Shown piece by piece: positions 18,103 to 28,031 of a stretch of 64,000 bases of DNA. Position 1 is the stretch's first letter. Every line of letters starts with the position of its first letter. The notes beneath the pieces are model-generated. The model was given only the letters and a program-made list of their open reading frames with translations. It had not been told where the DNA came from and ran no database searches. A program made the translations under genes and the position numbers. The DNA comes from Candidatus Poribacteria bacterium (GTDB lineage: Bacteria; Poribacteria; WGA-4E; WGA-3G): positions 393 through 64,392 of the forward strand of contig JAJDXV010000021.1 in the NCBI GenBank assembly GCA_022823085.1, written 5' to 3'.

Positions 18103-21075
18103 CTAATTGGGCTGTTCGTCGGTATTAGTTGAACCGGTGATCGCTTCATTCCAATCCCACAAAAAGATTGTGCCGTCCTGTCCGGTACTAACCAGCGTTT
18201 CACCATCAGGCGAAAATTTTAACGTCTCCACTTGCTGCGTGTGCCCGTCAAGCGCAGCGATTCTCTCGCCAGTCTTGACATCCCATAATAGGATTGCACC
18301 GTTGGTATGTCCACTGAGACAAATTGCGCTATCTGGTGAAAATACCAACAGTTTTGGTGAATCATGCAATATCCGCCAACCGCGTTGATGCACAGTGCTG
18401 ACCGAAAAAAGTTTATGACCCGTACGCACATCCCATAAATGGAGTCGCGTGTGTGTCCCCGCAGCGAGCACGGCGCGGTCGGGTGAAAACGCCAATGCCG
18501 AAATCCGTCCCAGATTCTTTGTTCGTTCTGCAAAGACAACTAAGGGTTCACCGGTCGCAACGTCCCACATTCGGATGTGTCCATCTGCAGTACCACTCAC
18601 AAGCCATCTACCATCTGACGAAAACGCCATTGCCAAAACCACTGGTAGATTGCCGCGAAAGCCGGGTTTCAAGTCATCATTATCATCATTAACAGGAATT
18701 ATCAATTCAGTGCCTGTTTCCGTATGCCACAAACGAATGTCAAGCATGCTATTAATCGCTACAGTTTTAGTTCTATCGTCAGGAGAAAAAAGGAGTTTGC
18801 GGCTCCCACGCTGCAACGTCGCAAGTTCGTCTCCAGTCGATACATCGGTCAACCGAATTAGATCATCTGGCTTCGTAGCAGAGAACCCAGCAGGGTACCC
18901 ACTGAAAACGACAGTACCATCTGCCGCTACACTGACGAGTTTCGTGCCATCCGGCGAAAACGCCACTGCTGAATACCAATCCCGATGTCCGCTATTTTGG
19001 ACAGCGGACTTTTGCGCTGTGTCCGTATCCCAAAAGGTAATTTCACCGTTAAACGCCGTACTAACAAGTGTGGAACTGTTTTGCCCACTGTCCTGAAAAA
19101 AGGTCGCCGCTTTTATGGATTGTGTGTGTCCAGTGATAAGATTATCAAGCGGTGTCCCGGTCTCTATATCCCAGAACCGGATTGTGCCATCCGTACTTCC
19201 GCTGACGAGTGTACGACCATCGGGTGAAAATGCTAACGCAGCAATACCGTTGATATGTCCGGTGAGTGTCGCGATCGGTTCACCATGCGTCGTGTCCCAC
19301 AATTGAACTGTTTTATCCGTGCTGCCGCTGGCAAGCGTTTTTCCATCGGGTGAAAACGCCAGGACATTTGTCGCGCCAGTATGTTGCTGCAGTAGCATCG
19401 AATCCCTGTCACCAGTCGTATTCCACAATCGGACTGTCGTATCTGGACTGCCACTTGCCAGACGCGTGCCATCCGGCGAAAACGCCACTGCTAAAACCCG
19501 ATTTTTTTTGAACATGCGCTGCACAGGTTTATCCAACGGCTGAAGCGGCAAATCTATGTGTCCTCTGAGCGTCGATAGCTTTTTACGGGTTGCTACATCC
19601 CACAACTGGATCATCCCGTCCTGTTTTCCAATCGCGATTCTATCGTTCGTCATCGCGTAAACACCCTGAAAATCCTCCGAACTAAAGAGACCGATCCCGA
19701 ATAACCCAGTTTTAAGGTGCTTGGTTTTCCCTTTCCCGTTCTCAATATTCAATCGGGTAATTGCAGCATGCCCGGAACCATACAAACCGATAAGCGTTTT
19801 TCCATCTGAAGAGAATCGCAGGACGGAAGCATCCGCGTACAAGTCAATAAGTGGCACTTCGCGCTCGGTCGCGATCTCCCACAATTGGATGAGCGTATCA
19901 TCAGAAGAAGCGGTAAGGAAACGACCATCCGGTGAAAAACTGAGGGCTTCACACACACCGCTACCAAACAAAGATTTCTCCTCACCTGTTTCCACATCAT
20001 ACAGCCAGACCCCGATAGTGCTACCGACTGCAAGTAGGGTACCATCCGGTGAAAACTGAATTGCGGTAATCCCACCTTTCCCGAAGCGCGCTTCCGCCGC
20101 TTTGGGCAACTTCCAATGTGCGTGGTTCTTAGATGTCTCATCTGATTCTGCTTCTGCAACCGATGCCGAAACATCGTTAGGCGGCTGGCTTGCCGTATCC
20201 CCCTCGCTCGGTGTACTAACATTTCCGAGTTGCGTCCGAATATCTGGTTTGGATTCAAGATTTAGCACAACAGCTGCCTCAACGAGCTCAACTGTCATCT
20301 CTGATGGCGCGTCGAAACTATACGGCTTTTGGAAACGCGACAGGTATTGGTGGTTGCCGATACCTAACATCAAAAGCACGACTGCCAGTGTGGAAACACC
20401 GACTGCCCACGGCACTAACGGCTTGCTGCTTGATGGTGCAACCGGCTTCAGACGTGAGACCTCTTGCATGATGTTCTCTGTGAGATTCGGTGAGATTTGG
20501 AAATGGTCGAGTGCTTCTCTAATCATCGGTTCCTCCTCTTTTAAACGGTTCCGCGCACGCCTCAGACGACTTTTAATGGTGCTCGCCGATACGCCTAAAA
20601 ATCGGCTAATATCTTCAACTTTCATCTCACCAAGATAGTAGAGTGTCATTACTGTGCGTTCACTCTCTTTCAACTTCGCGAGCAATTTCTTGACCACCTC
20701 GCGTTGTGATTCCGCGACAGTCTTTGTCCGTTCCGCTACAACGTGTCGGGAATAAGCATCTTCTTGTATCATCGTTGCGTCTGTGCCCTCCAACGGTTGT
20801 GTTTGTATCCGTTTTTTGCGAAGCCACGTGGCGCATAAGTTTGCCGTAATCACATACAGCCACCCAGAAAACTGGTTCGGGTCCTTCAGTGTTGAGAGTC
20901 TCTGGTACACTTTCAGAAAAGCGTCTTGCGTGATGTCCTCAGCGATATGGAAATCCCCAACTTTTCGCCAAGCGAGCGCATGAACCGGCTTTTGATATTT
21001 ATTCACAAGTTCGGCAAAAGCCCTTTCATCACCAGCGAGAACACGTCGAACAATCGCAACATCGTCATTTTTCAT
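18103..21075 (-). CDS. ECF-type RNA polymerase sigma-70 factor fused via a TM segment to WD40 repeats
   Basis: Region 2 AEDITQDAFLKVY..FSGWLY and region 4 ISRFLGVSASTIKSRLRRAR, then a hydrophobic segment, then many AFSPDG...SGS.D.T.RLWD repeats. Confidence 0.92.
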   Translation of the reverse strand: MKNDDVAIVRRVLAGDERAFAELVNKYQKPVHALAWRKVGDFHIAEDITQDAFLKVYQRLSTLKDPNQFSGWLYVITANLCATWLRKKRIQTQPLEGTDATMIQEDAYSRHVVAERTKTVAESQREVVKKLLAKLKESERTVMTLYYLGEMKVEDISRFLGVSASTIKSRLRRARNRLKEEEPMIREALDHFQISPNLTENIMQEVSRLKPVAPSSSKPLVPWAVGVSTLAVVLLMLGIGNHQYLSRFQKPYSFDAPSEMTVELVEAAVVLNLESKPDIRTQLGNVSTPSEGDTASQPPNDVSASVAEAESDETSKNHAHWKLPKAAEARFGKGGITAIQFSPDGTLLAVGSTIGVWLYDVETGEEKSLFGSGVCEALSFSPDGRFLTASSDDTLIQLWEIATEREVPLIDLYADASVLRFSSDGKTLIGLYGSGHAAITRLNIENGKGKTKHLKTGLFGIGLFSSEDFQGVYAMTNDRIAIGKQDGMIQLWDVATRKKLSTLRGHIDLPLQPLDKPVQRMFKKNRVLAVAFSPDGTRLASGSPDTTVRLWNTTGDRDSMLLQQHTGATNVLAFSPDGKTLASGSTDKTVQLWDTTHGEPIATLTGHINGIAALAFSPDGRTLVSGSTDGTIRFWDIETGTPLDNLITGHTQSIKAATFFQDSGQNSSTLVSTAFNGEITFWDTDTAQKSAVQNSGHRDWYSAVAFSPDGTKLVSVAADGTVVFSGYPAGFSATKPDDLIRLTDVSTGDELATLQRGSRKLLFSPDDRTKTVAINSMLDIRLWHTETGTELIIPVNDDNDDLKPGFRGNLPVVLAMAFSSDGRWLVSGTADGHIRMWDVATGEPLVVFAERTKNLGRISALAFSPDRAVLAAGTHTRLHLWDVRTGHKLFSVSTVHQRGWRILHDSPKLLVFSPDSAICLSGHTNGAILLWDVKTGERIAALDGHTQQVETLKFSPDGETLVSTGQDGTIFLWDWNEAITGSTNTDEQPN

Positions 21076-21190
21076 CAGGTACCTCCAGAAAACGAAAGTT
21101 GATTAATGACATATTAACTATAGTGACGCAAGATAGCGCGAAATGGTTGCTTAATGGAAAAAAAATGTCCCGCGCGACTTTATATAACCG

Positions 21191-21219
21191 TTGACTTTTT
21201 TCATAATATAGGTTATAAT
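21191..21219 (+). promoter_or_regulatory. Sigma70-type promoter for the HNH gene
   Basis: TTGACT-17 bp-TATAAT, bracketed by the inverted repeat TATAACC...GGTTATA. Confidence 0.7.
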
Positions 21220-21370
21220 AAATCTGTCTCTGTCAGAATTAGATTTCCAACAAACGATCTGATATATCGGCGTTAGGTTAATTTTAATGGAATTTGTTCG
21301 AATAAAAAAACAACGCGATACCACTTACAAATACCTACTGAAGTATTCCCTGAAAACATGGTAATGTGAA

Positions 21371-22252
21371 ATGACAAGAGAAGAGATTATCCGCAGATTT
21401 AAGAGCCTACGTATATGGAAAAGCAGTGGTGAGAGAGCCCCTCACAAACCTTTACTGACCCTCTACGCTATCGGTAGATTGCTACATGGCGAAAATCGGC
21501 TTATTTCATATAGCAATGACATAGAAGACAACCTTACCAATCTGTTGAGAACTTTTGGCCAAGAACGTTCAAACGACCAACCGCACTTACCGTTTTGGAG
21601 GTTGCAAAATGACAAGGTTTGGGAGGTAACTGATGCCGACAGAATTAACGAAACTACAAGCGGAGATCCGTATATAACGGACTTGAGAAACTACAACGTC
21701 TCTGGTGGTTTCCTTGAGGAAATAGTACATGAGTTTCAAATAGATGCTAATTTCGCTTTTAAAATAAGTCAATATATGCTAGACCATTTTCCAGCTTCGA
21801 TGCATCAAGAAATTTTACAAGCTGTTGAAATTCCAACCTTCGTAATTGAGCCTCAACCTCCTAATCCAAACTTTCAATCAGATGTTATGAACGCTTATAA
21901 GGAAAAATGTGCTGTCTGCGGTTTTCGCATCAGACTTGAAAACCAACCAATCGCTTTGGAAACTACGCACATCAAACCACCTGAAGCAGGAGGGCCCGAT
22001 GCAGAAGAAAACGGTTTAGCTCTCTGTTCTCTACATCATGAACTGTTCAACAAAGGGGCTTTTACGCTATCTGAGAATCTGCATGTATTAGTGTCCAAGC
22101 ATACCAAGGGAAAAGGAACAGGGGATTGGTTGAAAAAATTTCACGGAGAAAAGATGAAATTTCCACCACACCAAATCTATTATCCTCGCATTCATTTCAC
22201 AGACTGGCACTTCAAAAATAGATTTAGAGGACCAGCCCGCGAAAAAATTTGA
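21371..22252 (+). CDS. SBD-HNH endonuclease (phosphorothioate-binding restriction endonuclease-like)
   Basis: N-terminal APHKPLL and PFWRLQND resemble the sulfur-binding domain. C-terminal CAVC...HIK...NGLALCSLHH is an HNH motif. Confidence 0.8.
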   Translation: MTREEIIRRFKSLRIWKSSGERAPHKPLLTLYAIGRLLHGENRLISYSNDIEDNLTNLLRTFGQERSNDQPHLPFWRLQNDKVWEVTDADRINETTSGDPYITDLRNYNVSGGFLEEIVHEFQIDANFAFKISQYMLDHFPASMHQEILQAVEIPTFVIEPQPPNPNFQSDVMNAYKEKCAVCGFRIRLENQPIALETTHIKPPEAGGPDAEENGLALCSLHHELFNKGAFTLSENLHVLVSKHTKGKGTGDWLKKFHGEKMKFPPHQIYYPRIHFTDWHFKNRFRGPAREKI

Positions 22253-22278
22253 CATCTAAAACACAATTGTGCTAAAAT
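22249..22278 (+). promoter_or_regulatory. Sigma70-type promoter upstream of the ssp-like operon
   Basis: TTGACA-18 bp-TAAAAT with a TG extension; palindrome CACAATTGTG in the spacer. Confidence 0.6.
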
Positions 22279-22366
22279 CTAAGTTAATATTGAATAAATT
22301 GGACTTTCGCATTTCAATTTAAGATACAATTAAATCTGACATTTTAATACCTAACCAGTAAACGCA

Positions 22367-22690
22367 ATGAAAAATCGAAATATAAAAACTGCTACTAATA
22401 CACTCCATGGACCTGATGACAATTGCCACGTCCGGAAATTCTTCGCGTCCTTTTCGTCCTTACGTTCATTAGGCTTGAACATTAACAAGCCAGTCCTTGC
22501 CCCCCCCCCCCACTTTACAAACAATAAGTATTTTAGATTAAAAAAACATTCACGGCATTTAGCAATGCTCCGCGTCCGCGCGCCATCTCGGACAATGGCA
22601 TCCGATGCGGGGTTTTTTGTTGTCATATCTGCTGTTGTTACGTCAATTTTTCCCCCCATACCTCTATTCGCGCCAGGGGGTGAAGTTTGA
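22367..22690 (+). CDS. Putative leader ORF (107 aa) containing a C12 homopolymer
   Basis: Its stop TGA overlaps the sspB-like TTG start (TTGA). C12 lies at 22500-22511. No clear Shine-Dalgarno sequence and no recognisable domain. Confidence 0.35.
   Translation: MKNRNIKTATNTLHGPDDNCHVRKFFASFSSLRSLGLNINKPVLAPPPHFTNNKYFRLKKHSRHLAMLRVRAPSRTMASDAGFFVVISAVVTSIFPPIPLFAPGGEV
22568..22618 (+). terminator. Intrinsic terminator-like hairpin in the 5' leader of the ssp-like operon
   Basis: CTCCGCGTC pairs with GATGCGGGG (two G-U pairs); inner GCCAT/ATGGC stem; followed by T6. Confidence 0.55.
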
Positions 22691-23658
22691 GCAACACACG
22701 TACCATCCTCCCCCAGATAATTACACCATCTTTCTCAGGACATCAGACCTTCCCGTTTCGATATACGTGGCTGAAGAAGGGGATCGATGCTGTCGCAGCA
22801 GATCCGAACATCTTCTCCTCTGAAAACGCCTCGGTTACTTTAGGTGTCGGAAAAAACATGGTGAGCTCCATCCGACATTGGTGCCGTGTATCACGACTCA
22901 TTGAAGAGGGAACAGGTCAACCTACGCAAGTCACTATGCAGCTCAGTGAAAAGGGAACAGTCTATCGCCGCGGGCAATTCGCACCTACGCAGCTCGGCAG
23001 TGCCATTTTTGGCGAAAACGGATTCGACCCATACCTTGATGACCCAGCGACTTTGTGGTTGATTCATTGGCAAATCGCGACCAATACCACTCAGGCGACA
23101 GCATGGTACTGGGCTTTTAACGTTCTAAGAGGGAATCAATTCACACCCCCTATATTCACACGAGAAGTGTATAAATGGGCACAACAGCAGAAACAGTCTA
23201 TGCGACCTGTCTCCGACAACACACTACGGCGGGATGTCAATTGCTTTATCCGAACCTACTGCCAGTCGCGTTATAGTGATACCGTTGCTGAGGAAACTTT
23301 TGACTGTCCACTCGTTGAACTCAACCTAATTGCCGAATTACCAGACAGCGATGGCTATGAATTCCAGCGCGGCGACAAAGAGACATTACCGATTGAAGTC
23401 GTCGCATGGGCATTAGACACGTTTTGGAAAAATCGCTTCTTCTGGAGAGAATCGCTTACGTTCTCAGATTTGATGTACGCACGCGCGAGTCCCGGACGGG
23501 TTTTCAGGTTAGATGAAGATACAATGACGACCTATCTCGAAGACCTCGAGCAACTCACGGACGGCGCACTGCAATACGATGAGACAACAGGTCTAAAGCA
23601 GCTATATCGACATAGAAATTTAGATCAGAGGAGACTTTTAAAGAGGTACTATGAATAA
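22687..23658 (+). CDS. DUF4007 family protein (SspB-like)
   Basis: FSGHQTFPFRYTWLKKG, LGVGKNMVSSIRHW, DPYLDDPATLWLIHW and CPLVELNLI; lies upstream of an ATPase and a PAPS-reductase gene. Confidence 0.85.
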   Translation: MSNTRTILPQIITPSFSGHQTFPFRYTWLKKGIDAVAADPNIFSSENASVTLGVGKNMVSSIRHWCRVSRLIEEGTGQPTQVTMQLSEKGTVYRRGQFAPTQLGSAIFGENGFDPYLDDPATLWLIHWQIATNTTQATAWYWAFNVLRGNQFTPPIFTREVYKWAQQQKQSMRPVSDNTLRRDVNCFIRTYCQSRYSDTVAEETFDCPLVELNLIAELPDSDGYEFQRGDKETLPIEVVAWALDTFWKNRFFWRESLTFSDLMYARASPGRVFRLDEDTMTTYLEDLEQLTDGALQYDETTGLKQLYRHRNLDQRRLLKRYYE

Positions 23659-26600
23659 CGTTCCGTTATCAGACATTTTTCATATTACAAAACGCTTTCA
23701 ACGCTCTGTGCATTTGGTACGGGATTTTTATACTGAAAACGCCTTAGACGGGTACGTTGTGACTGTCAAGGCGCGGGAAACCCTTACCCGTCTAATTTCA
23801 GCACAGGAGAACAGTGCAACATCAAAAGCATGGTCTCTTACCGGTCCTTATGGGTCAGGAAAATCAGCGTTCGCGCTTTTCACTGCGAAAGTCCTCGGGG
23901 ATCCAGCTGCTCCGACAACACAACAAGCTTTAGAATTACTACAGCGTGGAGACCCCTCACTCTATGAACGATTTATCAGCATAAGCGGGAACGGCAGGAG
24001 AATATCATCAGGTTTTTGTCCGGTCCTAATCTCTGGTGAACGCGCACCAATTACGCGGGCACTCCTGCAAGGATTAGAACACGGGCTTAAAACCTTCGGT
24101 ATATCCTCACGGCACTCGCTTCAAAAAGACATCCAAGAACTCTTGAAAACGGGAGCAAACGGCAATCCCCCACAGGCAACTGAAATCACAAAACTTTTTG
24201 AAGACGCAACACGTGCTATTAAGAAAAAAGCTGGACACGGTTTGTTACTTGTCATTGATGAACTTGGAAAATTCCTCGAGTACGCTGCACAACACCCCGT
24301 ACAAGACGACGTATTTGTTCTACAAACCCTCGCCGAATTTGCCACACGAAGCAAGCAAACACCATTCTTTTTAATCACGATTCTTCATCAGGCTTTTGAA
24401 CAATACGCAAACAAAATCGCCAAATCACAACGCGAGGAATGGGCAAAAATCCAAGGCCGGTTTGAAGACATTGCTTTTGTAGAACCTGCTGAGCAGGTAC
24501 TCCGATTGATCGGATCCGCTATCCAACATAAGATGGAAATCCCGTCTACACCCATCGAATCAAACCTCAAACCTAACCAACTGTCCGACGAGAAAGAATT
24601 TAGTGAACTCATCAGAACCTGTTTGCCACTCCACCCAATAGTTGCACTTATTGTAGGCCCTATCTTCAGACGCTTCGCACAGAATGAACGTTCCCTCTTC
24701 GCCTTTCTTAATTCAAGTGAACCTTATGGGCTACAAGACTTTCTCAAAAACAAACATTACAATGGAGGCGCACCGCCGATGTTTTCGGTCGCCGATCTCT
24801 ATGATTATCTCAACACTACTATAGGAAATCGGCTCTCCGCTGCACGCGACGGTGATAAGTGGATCGAGATTGAGATGGCTATTAACCGACTGACAGACCC
24901 AGCACCGATACTCGTTAAACTCATTAAGACGATAGGACTGTTCAGTATCATCGGAGAGGTGAGTACGAACTTGAAAGCCTCAGAACGTATACTTCATTAT
25001 GCCTTAAATGACCACACATCGGAATTCAATCAGGAATTTGATACCGCACTAAAGACACTGGAAAAACGTTCAATTGTTACCTACCGCCGCTACAATGATG
25101 TCTATGCACTCTGGGAGGGAAGCGACATTGATATCGAGAGGTTGTCTTACGAAGCGGAAGGACACCTCGATCCGAACGAGACACTTACGAATTATTTGTC
25201 AAAATTGACATCGCCGCGGCCCCTGATCGCCCGCCGACACCTATTTGAGAAAGGCACGCTCCGCTATTTTGAGGTTCGGTACACCGATCTCGAAAACTTT
25301 GATGCGAATCTGAGTGAACCGCTCGGTGATGCCGACGGGCTGGTGCTTTATGCCCTACCCGCAGGTGAAGATGAAGTAAATCAGTTCGCCGAAAAAGCGA
25401 ATGAAAAAGACACCACAGAACGTCAAAACGTGCTGATCGGTATCCCACACGCCACCCGTTTTCTCCGCGATGCCGTCACTGAACTCGCCTGCCTACACTG
25501 GATTTCGGACAATACGCCCGAACTCGAAGGGGACGCGGTGGCGAGACGTGAACTTTCAATCCGATGGGTCGCAGCAGAACGGGATGTCGCTGATCAATTA
25601 GCAAAGATTTTCGGTGGCGACAGCGATGAACCTTGTAGATGGTTTCATAAGGGACAAGAGATAGATATCAATTCGCAACGCGCAAGAAACGAGTATCTAT
25701 CGGAAATCTGTGATACGGTTTATCACAAGACTCCACTTATTCGGAACGAACTCATTAATCGACGGAAAATCTCTGGCGCAGTAACGACTGCACGAAAGAA
25801 ACTTATTCAAGCGATGCTTGAAAATAGCGATCAAGAGAACCTCGGTATCACCGGTTATCCTGCCGAAATGAGTGTCTATCGCTCACTTCTTTCAGAGACA
25901 GGCATACATCGCGAAAATGTAGGGGTGTGGGGTTTCTATCCTCCGAAAATAGATGATAAAAACCAGATAATACATACATGGAAAGCGATTGAGGCTTTTC
26001 TCGATGCATCTGAAAGTGAACGACAACCTGTCGTGAAACTCTATGAAACTTTGATGAATCCGCCACTCGGTGTTCGGGAAGGTCCACTTCCGATCCTCCT
26101 ATGTGCTGTGATGCAGCACTACAAAACAGAAATCGCACTCTATGAAAACGGGTCCTTTATAGCAGATTGGTCCATGCCAGTTTTTGAAAGGTTTCTTAAA
26201 GCACCGCAACTATTTGAATTGAAACGGTTTCGGATAACTGGAGTCCGTTCGGATCTGTTCTCTCAATTTTTGGGCGCATTTAAGCAACCCTCAGAAATTC
26301 AAACGCCTGATCTGCTAACAGTCGTTACACCGTTAATACAAACGATTGCGCAACTGCCGAAATATACTTTGACAACCCAGGAATTGAGTGATAACGCAAA
26401 GAATCTCCGTAAAGTTGTCTTGAATGCACGTGAACCTGACGAACTCCTCTTTAAACAGTTACCGGAAGCGTTCGGGTTCTCAGATTTTGGTACAGAGGCA
26501 GCAACAAGTACCGAAGCAGTATCGGAATTCTTTGGTATACTACGGGATGCACTGTCCGAATTGGAAAAGGCTTATGAGGTTTTGCTGAATTTCATCGAGC

Positions 26601-27130
26601 AAATGCTGGTAGAAGCCTTCACCTTAAAGCCATTAAGGAAAAATCCCCGTGCGGATTTAGTCGAAAGAGCGGAACCGCTGATAATGCTAACAATTGAGAT
26701 GGACCTTAAAGGGTTTTTAGTCCAAGTCTGTAGCGGTGGACACGATTTCAGCAGCTGGCTTGAGGCAATCGCGACCTACCTCGCGAAAAAACCGCCGTCA
26801 ACGTGGTTAGACACTGATAAAGTGCAATTTGAAAGCAATCTCGCGCAACTTGCAAGGAAATTCAGGCATTTTGAAGCGGTGTCTTATGAAAAGGTAGCAC
26901 ATACTACATCATCAACAAGCGAACCCATCCGAGTCGGTATCACAACACCGAATCGAACCGAACAGGAACGAGTGGTTACATTGACACCGACAGCTGATGC
27001 ACAAACGACTGAAATGGAAAACGAGATCAGAAAAGTATTCGACAAGTTTGACATAGACGATAACCCAGAACTCCATATCGCAATCTTGGCGCGAATTTCA
27101 CAAATGTGGATGCAGCAACTCGATGAATAG
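23651..27130 (+). CDS. Large P-loop ATPase (SspC-like)
   Basis: Walker A GPYGSGKS, Walker B LLVIDELGKFLE, EWAKIQGRF and FAQNERSLF; overlaps the upstream gene by 8 bp. Confidence 0.85.
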   Translation: MNNVPLSDIFHITKRFQRSVHLVRDFYTENALDGYVVTVKARETLTRLISAQENSATSKAWSLTGPYGSGKSAFALFTAKVLGDPAAPTTQQALELLQRGDPSLYERFISISGNGRRISSGFCPVLISGERAPITRALLQGLEHGLKTFGISSRHSLQKDIQELLKTGANGNPPQATEITKLFEDATRAIKKKAGHGLLLVIDELGKFLEYAAQHPVQDDVFVLQTLAEFATRSKQTPFFLITILHQAFEQYANKIAKSQREEWAKIQGRFEDIAFVEPAEQVLRLIGSAIQHKMEIPSTPIESNLKPNQLSDEKEFSELIRTCLPLHPIVALIVGPIFRRFAQNERSLFAFLNSSEPYGLQDFLKNKHYNGGAPPMFSVADLYDYLNTTIGNRLSAARDGDKWIEIEMAINRLTDPAPILVKLIKTIGLFSIIGEVSTNLKASERILHYALNDHTSEFNQEFDTALKTLEKRSIVTYRRYNDVYALWEGSDIDIERLSYEAEGHLDPNETLTNYLSKLTSPRPLIARRHLFEKGTLRYFEVRYTDLENFDANLSEPLGDADGLVLYALPAGEDEVNQFAEKANEKDTTERQNVLIGIPHATRFLRDAVTELACLHWISDNTPELEGDAVARRELSIRWVAAERDVADQLAKIFGGDSDEPCRWFHKGQEIDINSQRARNEYLSEICDTVYHKTPLIRNELINRRKISGAVTTARKKLIQAMLENSDQENLGITGYPAEMSVYRSLLSETGIHRENVGVWGFYPPKIDDKNQIIHTWKAIEAFLDASESERQPVVKLYETLMNPPLGVREGPLPILLCAVMQHYKTEIALYENGSFIADWSMPVFERFLKAPQLFELKRFRITGVRSDLFSQFLGAFKQPSEIQTPDLLTVVTPLIQTIAQLPKYTLTTQELSDNAKNLRKVVLNAREPDELLFKQLPEAFGFSDFGTEAATSTEAVSEFFGILRDALSELEKAYEVLLNFIEQMLVEAFTLKPLRKNPRADLVERAEPLIMLTIEMDLKGFLVQVCSGGHDFSSWLEAIATYLAKKPPSTWLDTDKVQFESNLAQLARKFRHFEAVSYEKVAHTTSSTSEPIRVGITTPNRTEQERVVTLTPTADAQTTEMENEIRKVFDKFDIDDNPELHIAILARISQMWMQQLDE

Positions 27131-27142
27131 AGAGGTGAAAAG

Positions 27143-27985
27143 ATGGCAGAAAAAATCCGCCACGTCCTTGGACTCTCCGGTGGTAAAGACAGCTCAGCAC
27201 TCGCCGTTTATATGCGGGATAAGGTACCGGAGATGGAATACTTCTTCTCTGACACCGGCAAGGAATTGCAGGAGACTTACGATTTTTTGGATCGGTTAGA
27301 GGCATTTCTCGGCAAACCGATTGTACGTCTCAATATGAACGCCGATGCCAACAGTAACCGCGATTTCGATCATTGGTTGACGGTCTACGGTGGGTTATTG
27401 CCGTCGTCTCAAATCCGCTGGTGTACCGTCAACTTGAAAATACGACCTTTTGAGGAATACATCGGCGAAGATCATGCGTATCACTACATCGCCATCCGTG
27501 CCGACGAAGATCGCATCGGTTACAAGCCGCCGAGCATCTCCTCTCTCAATAATATCGAACCCAAATATCCGTTCAAAGAGGACGGCATTACAAAAGAAGA
27601 TGTCTACCGAATACTCGAGGAGAGCGGACTCGGTCTGCCCGACTATTACAAGTGGCGGACACGTTCCGGTTGTTACTTCTGTTTCTTCCAACGTAAATCC
27701 GAGTGGGTCGGACTGTTAGAACAGCATCCAGACCTTTTTGAACTCGCCAAGCAATACGAGAAACCGAACCCTAACGCCAAGACAGGAGAAGTATTCACAT
27801 GGTGTCAGGATGAAAGTTTAGAGGAATTATCGCAACCGGAACGGGTTGCAGAAATCAAGGCAAACACTGAAAAGGCGATGGCATCCAAGAAAGCCGCAAA
27901 ACCGAACCGTCGTTTAATAGAAATCCTCACCGATGTCCTCGACGACGAGGATGACGAGGAACCCTGCTTGCCTTGTCATAAGTGA
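27143..27985 (+). CDS. PAPS-reductase-family protein (SspD/DndC-like)
   Basis: PP-loop SGGKDS, RWCT, RSGCYFCFFQ and an acidic tail ending CLPCHK. Confidence 0.88.
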   Translation: MAEKIRHVLGLSGGKDSSALAVYMRDKVPEMEYFFSDTGKELQETYDFLDRLEAFLGKPIVRLNMNADANSNRDFDHWLTVYGGLLPSSQIRWCTVNLKIRPFEEYIGEDHAYHYIAIRADEDRIGYKPPSISSLNNIEPKYPFKEDGITKEDVYRILEESGLGLPDYYKWRTRSGCYFCFFQRKSEWVGLLEQHPDLFELAKQYEKPNPNAKTGEVFTWCQDESLEELSQPERVAEIKANTEKAMASKKAAKPNRRLIEILTDVLDDEDDEEPCLPCHK

Positions 27986-28031
27986 GATCAAATAACTTAT
28001 CAGTTATTGGAAAAGATAACGAATAATTGAA

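Noticed and set aside
18107-20983. Many plus-strand ORFs of 60-215 aa
   Set aside because: They are antisense shadows of the sigma-WD40 gene.
22687-27985. BREX type 4 or canonical Dnd system
   Set aside because: No pglZ, brxL, dndD or dndE is recognisable; gene order and motifs fit sspBCD better.
27143-27985. Sulfate-assimilation CysH
   Set aside because: No cys genes are nearby, it is coupled to DUF4007 and an ATPase, and the C-terminus is not ECGLH-type.
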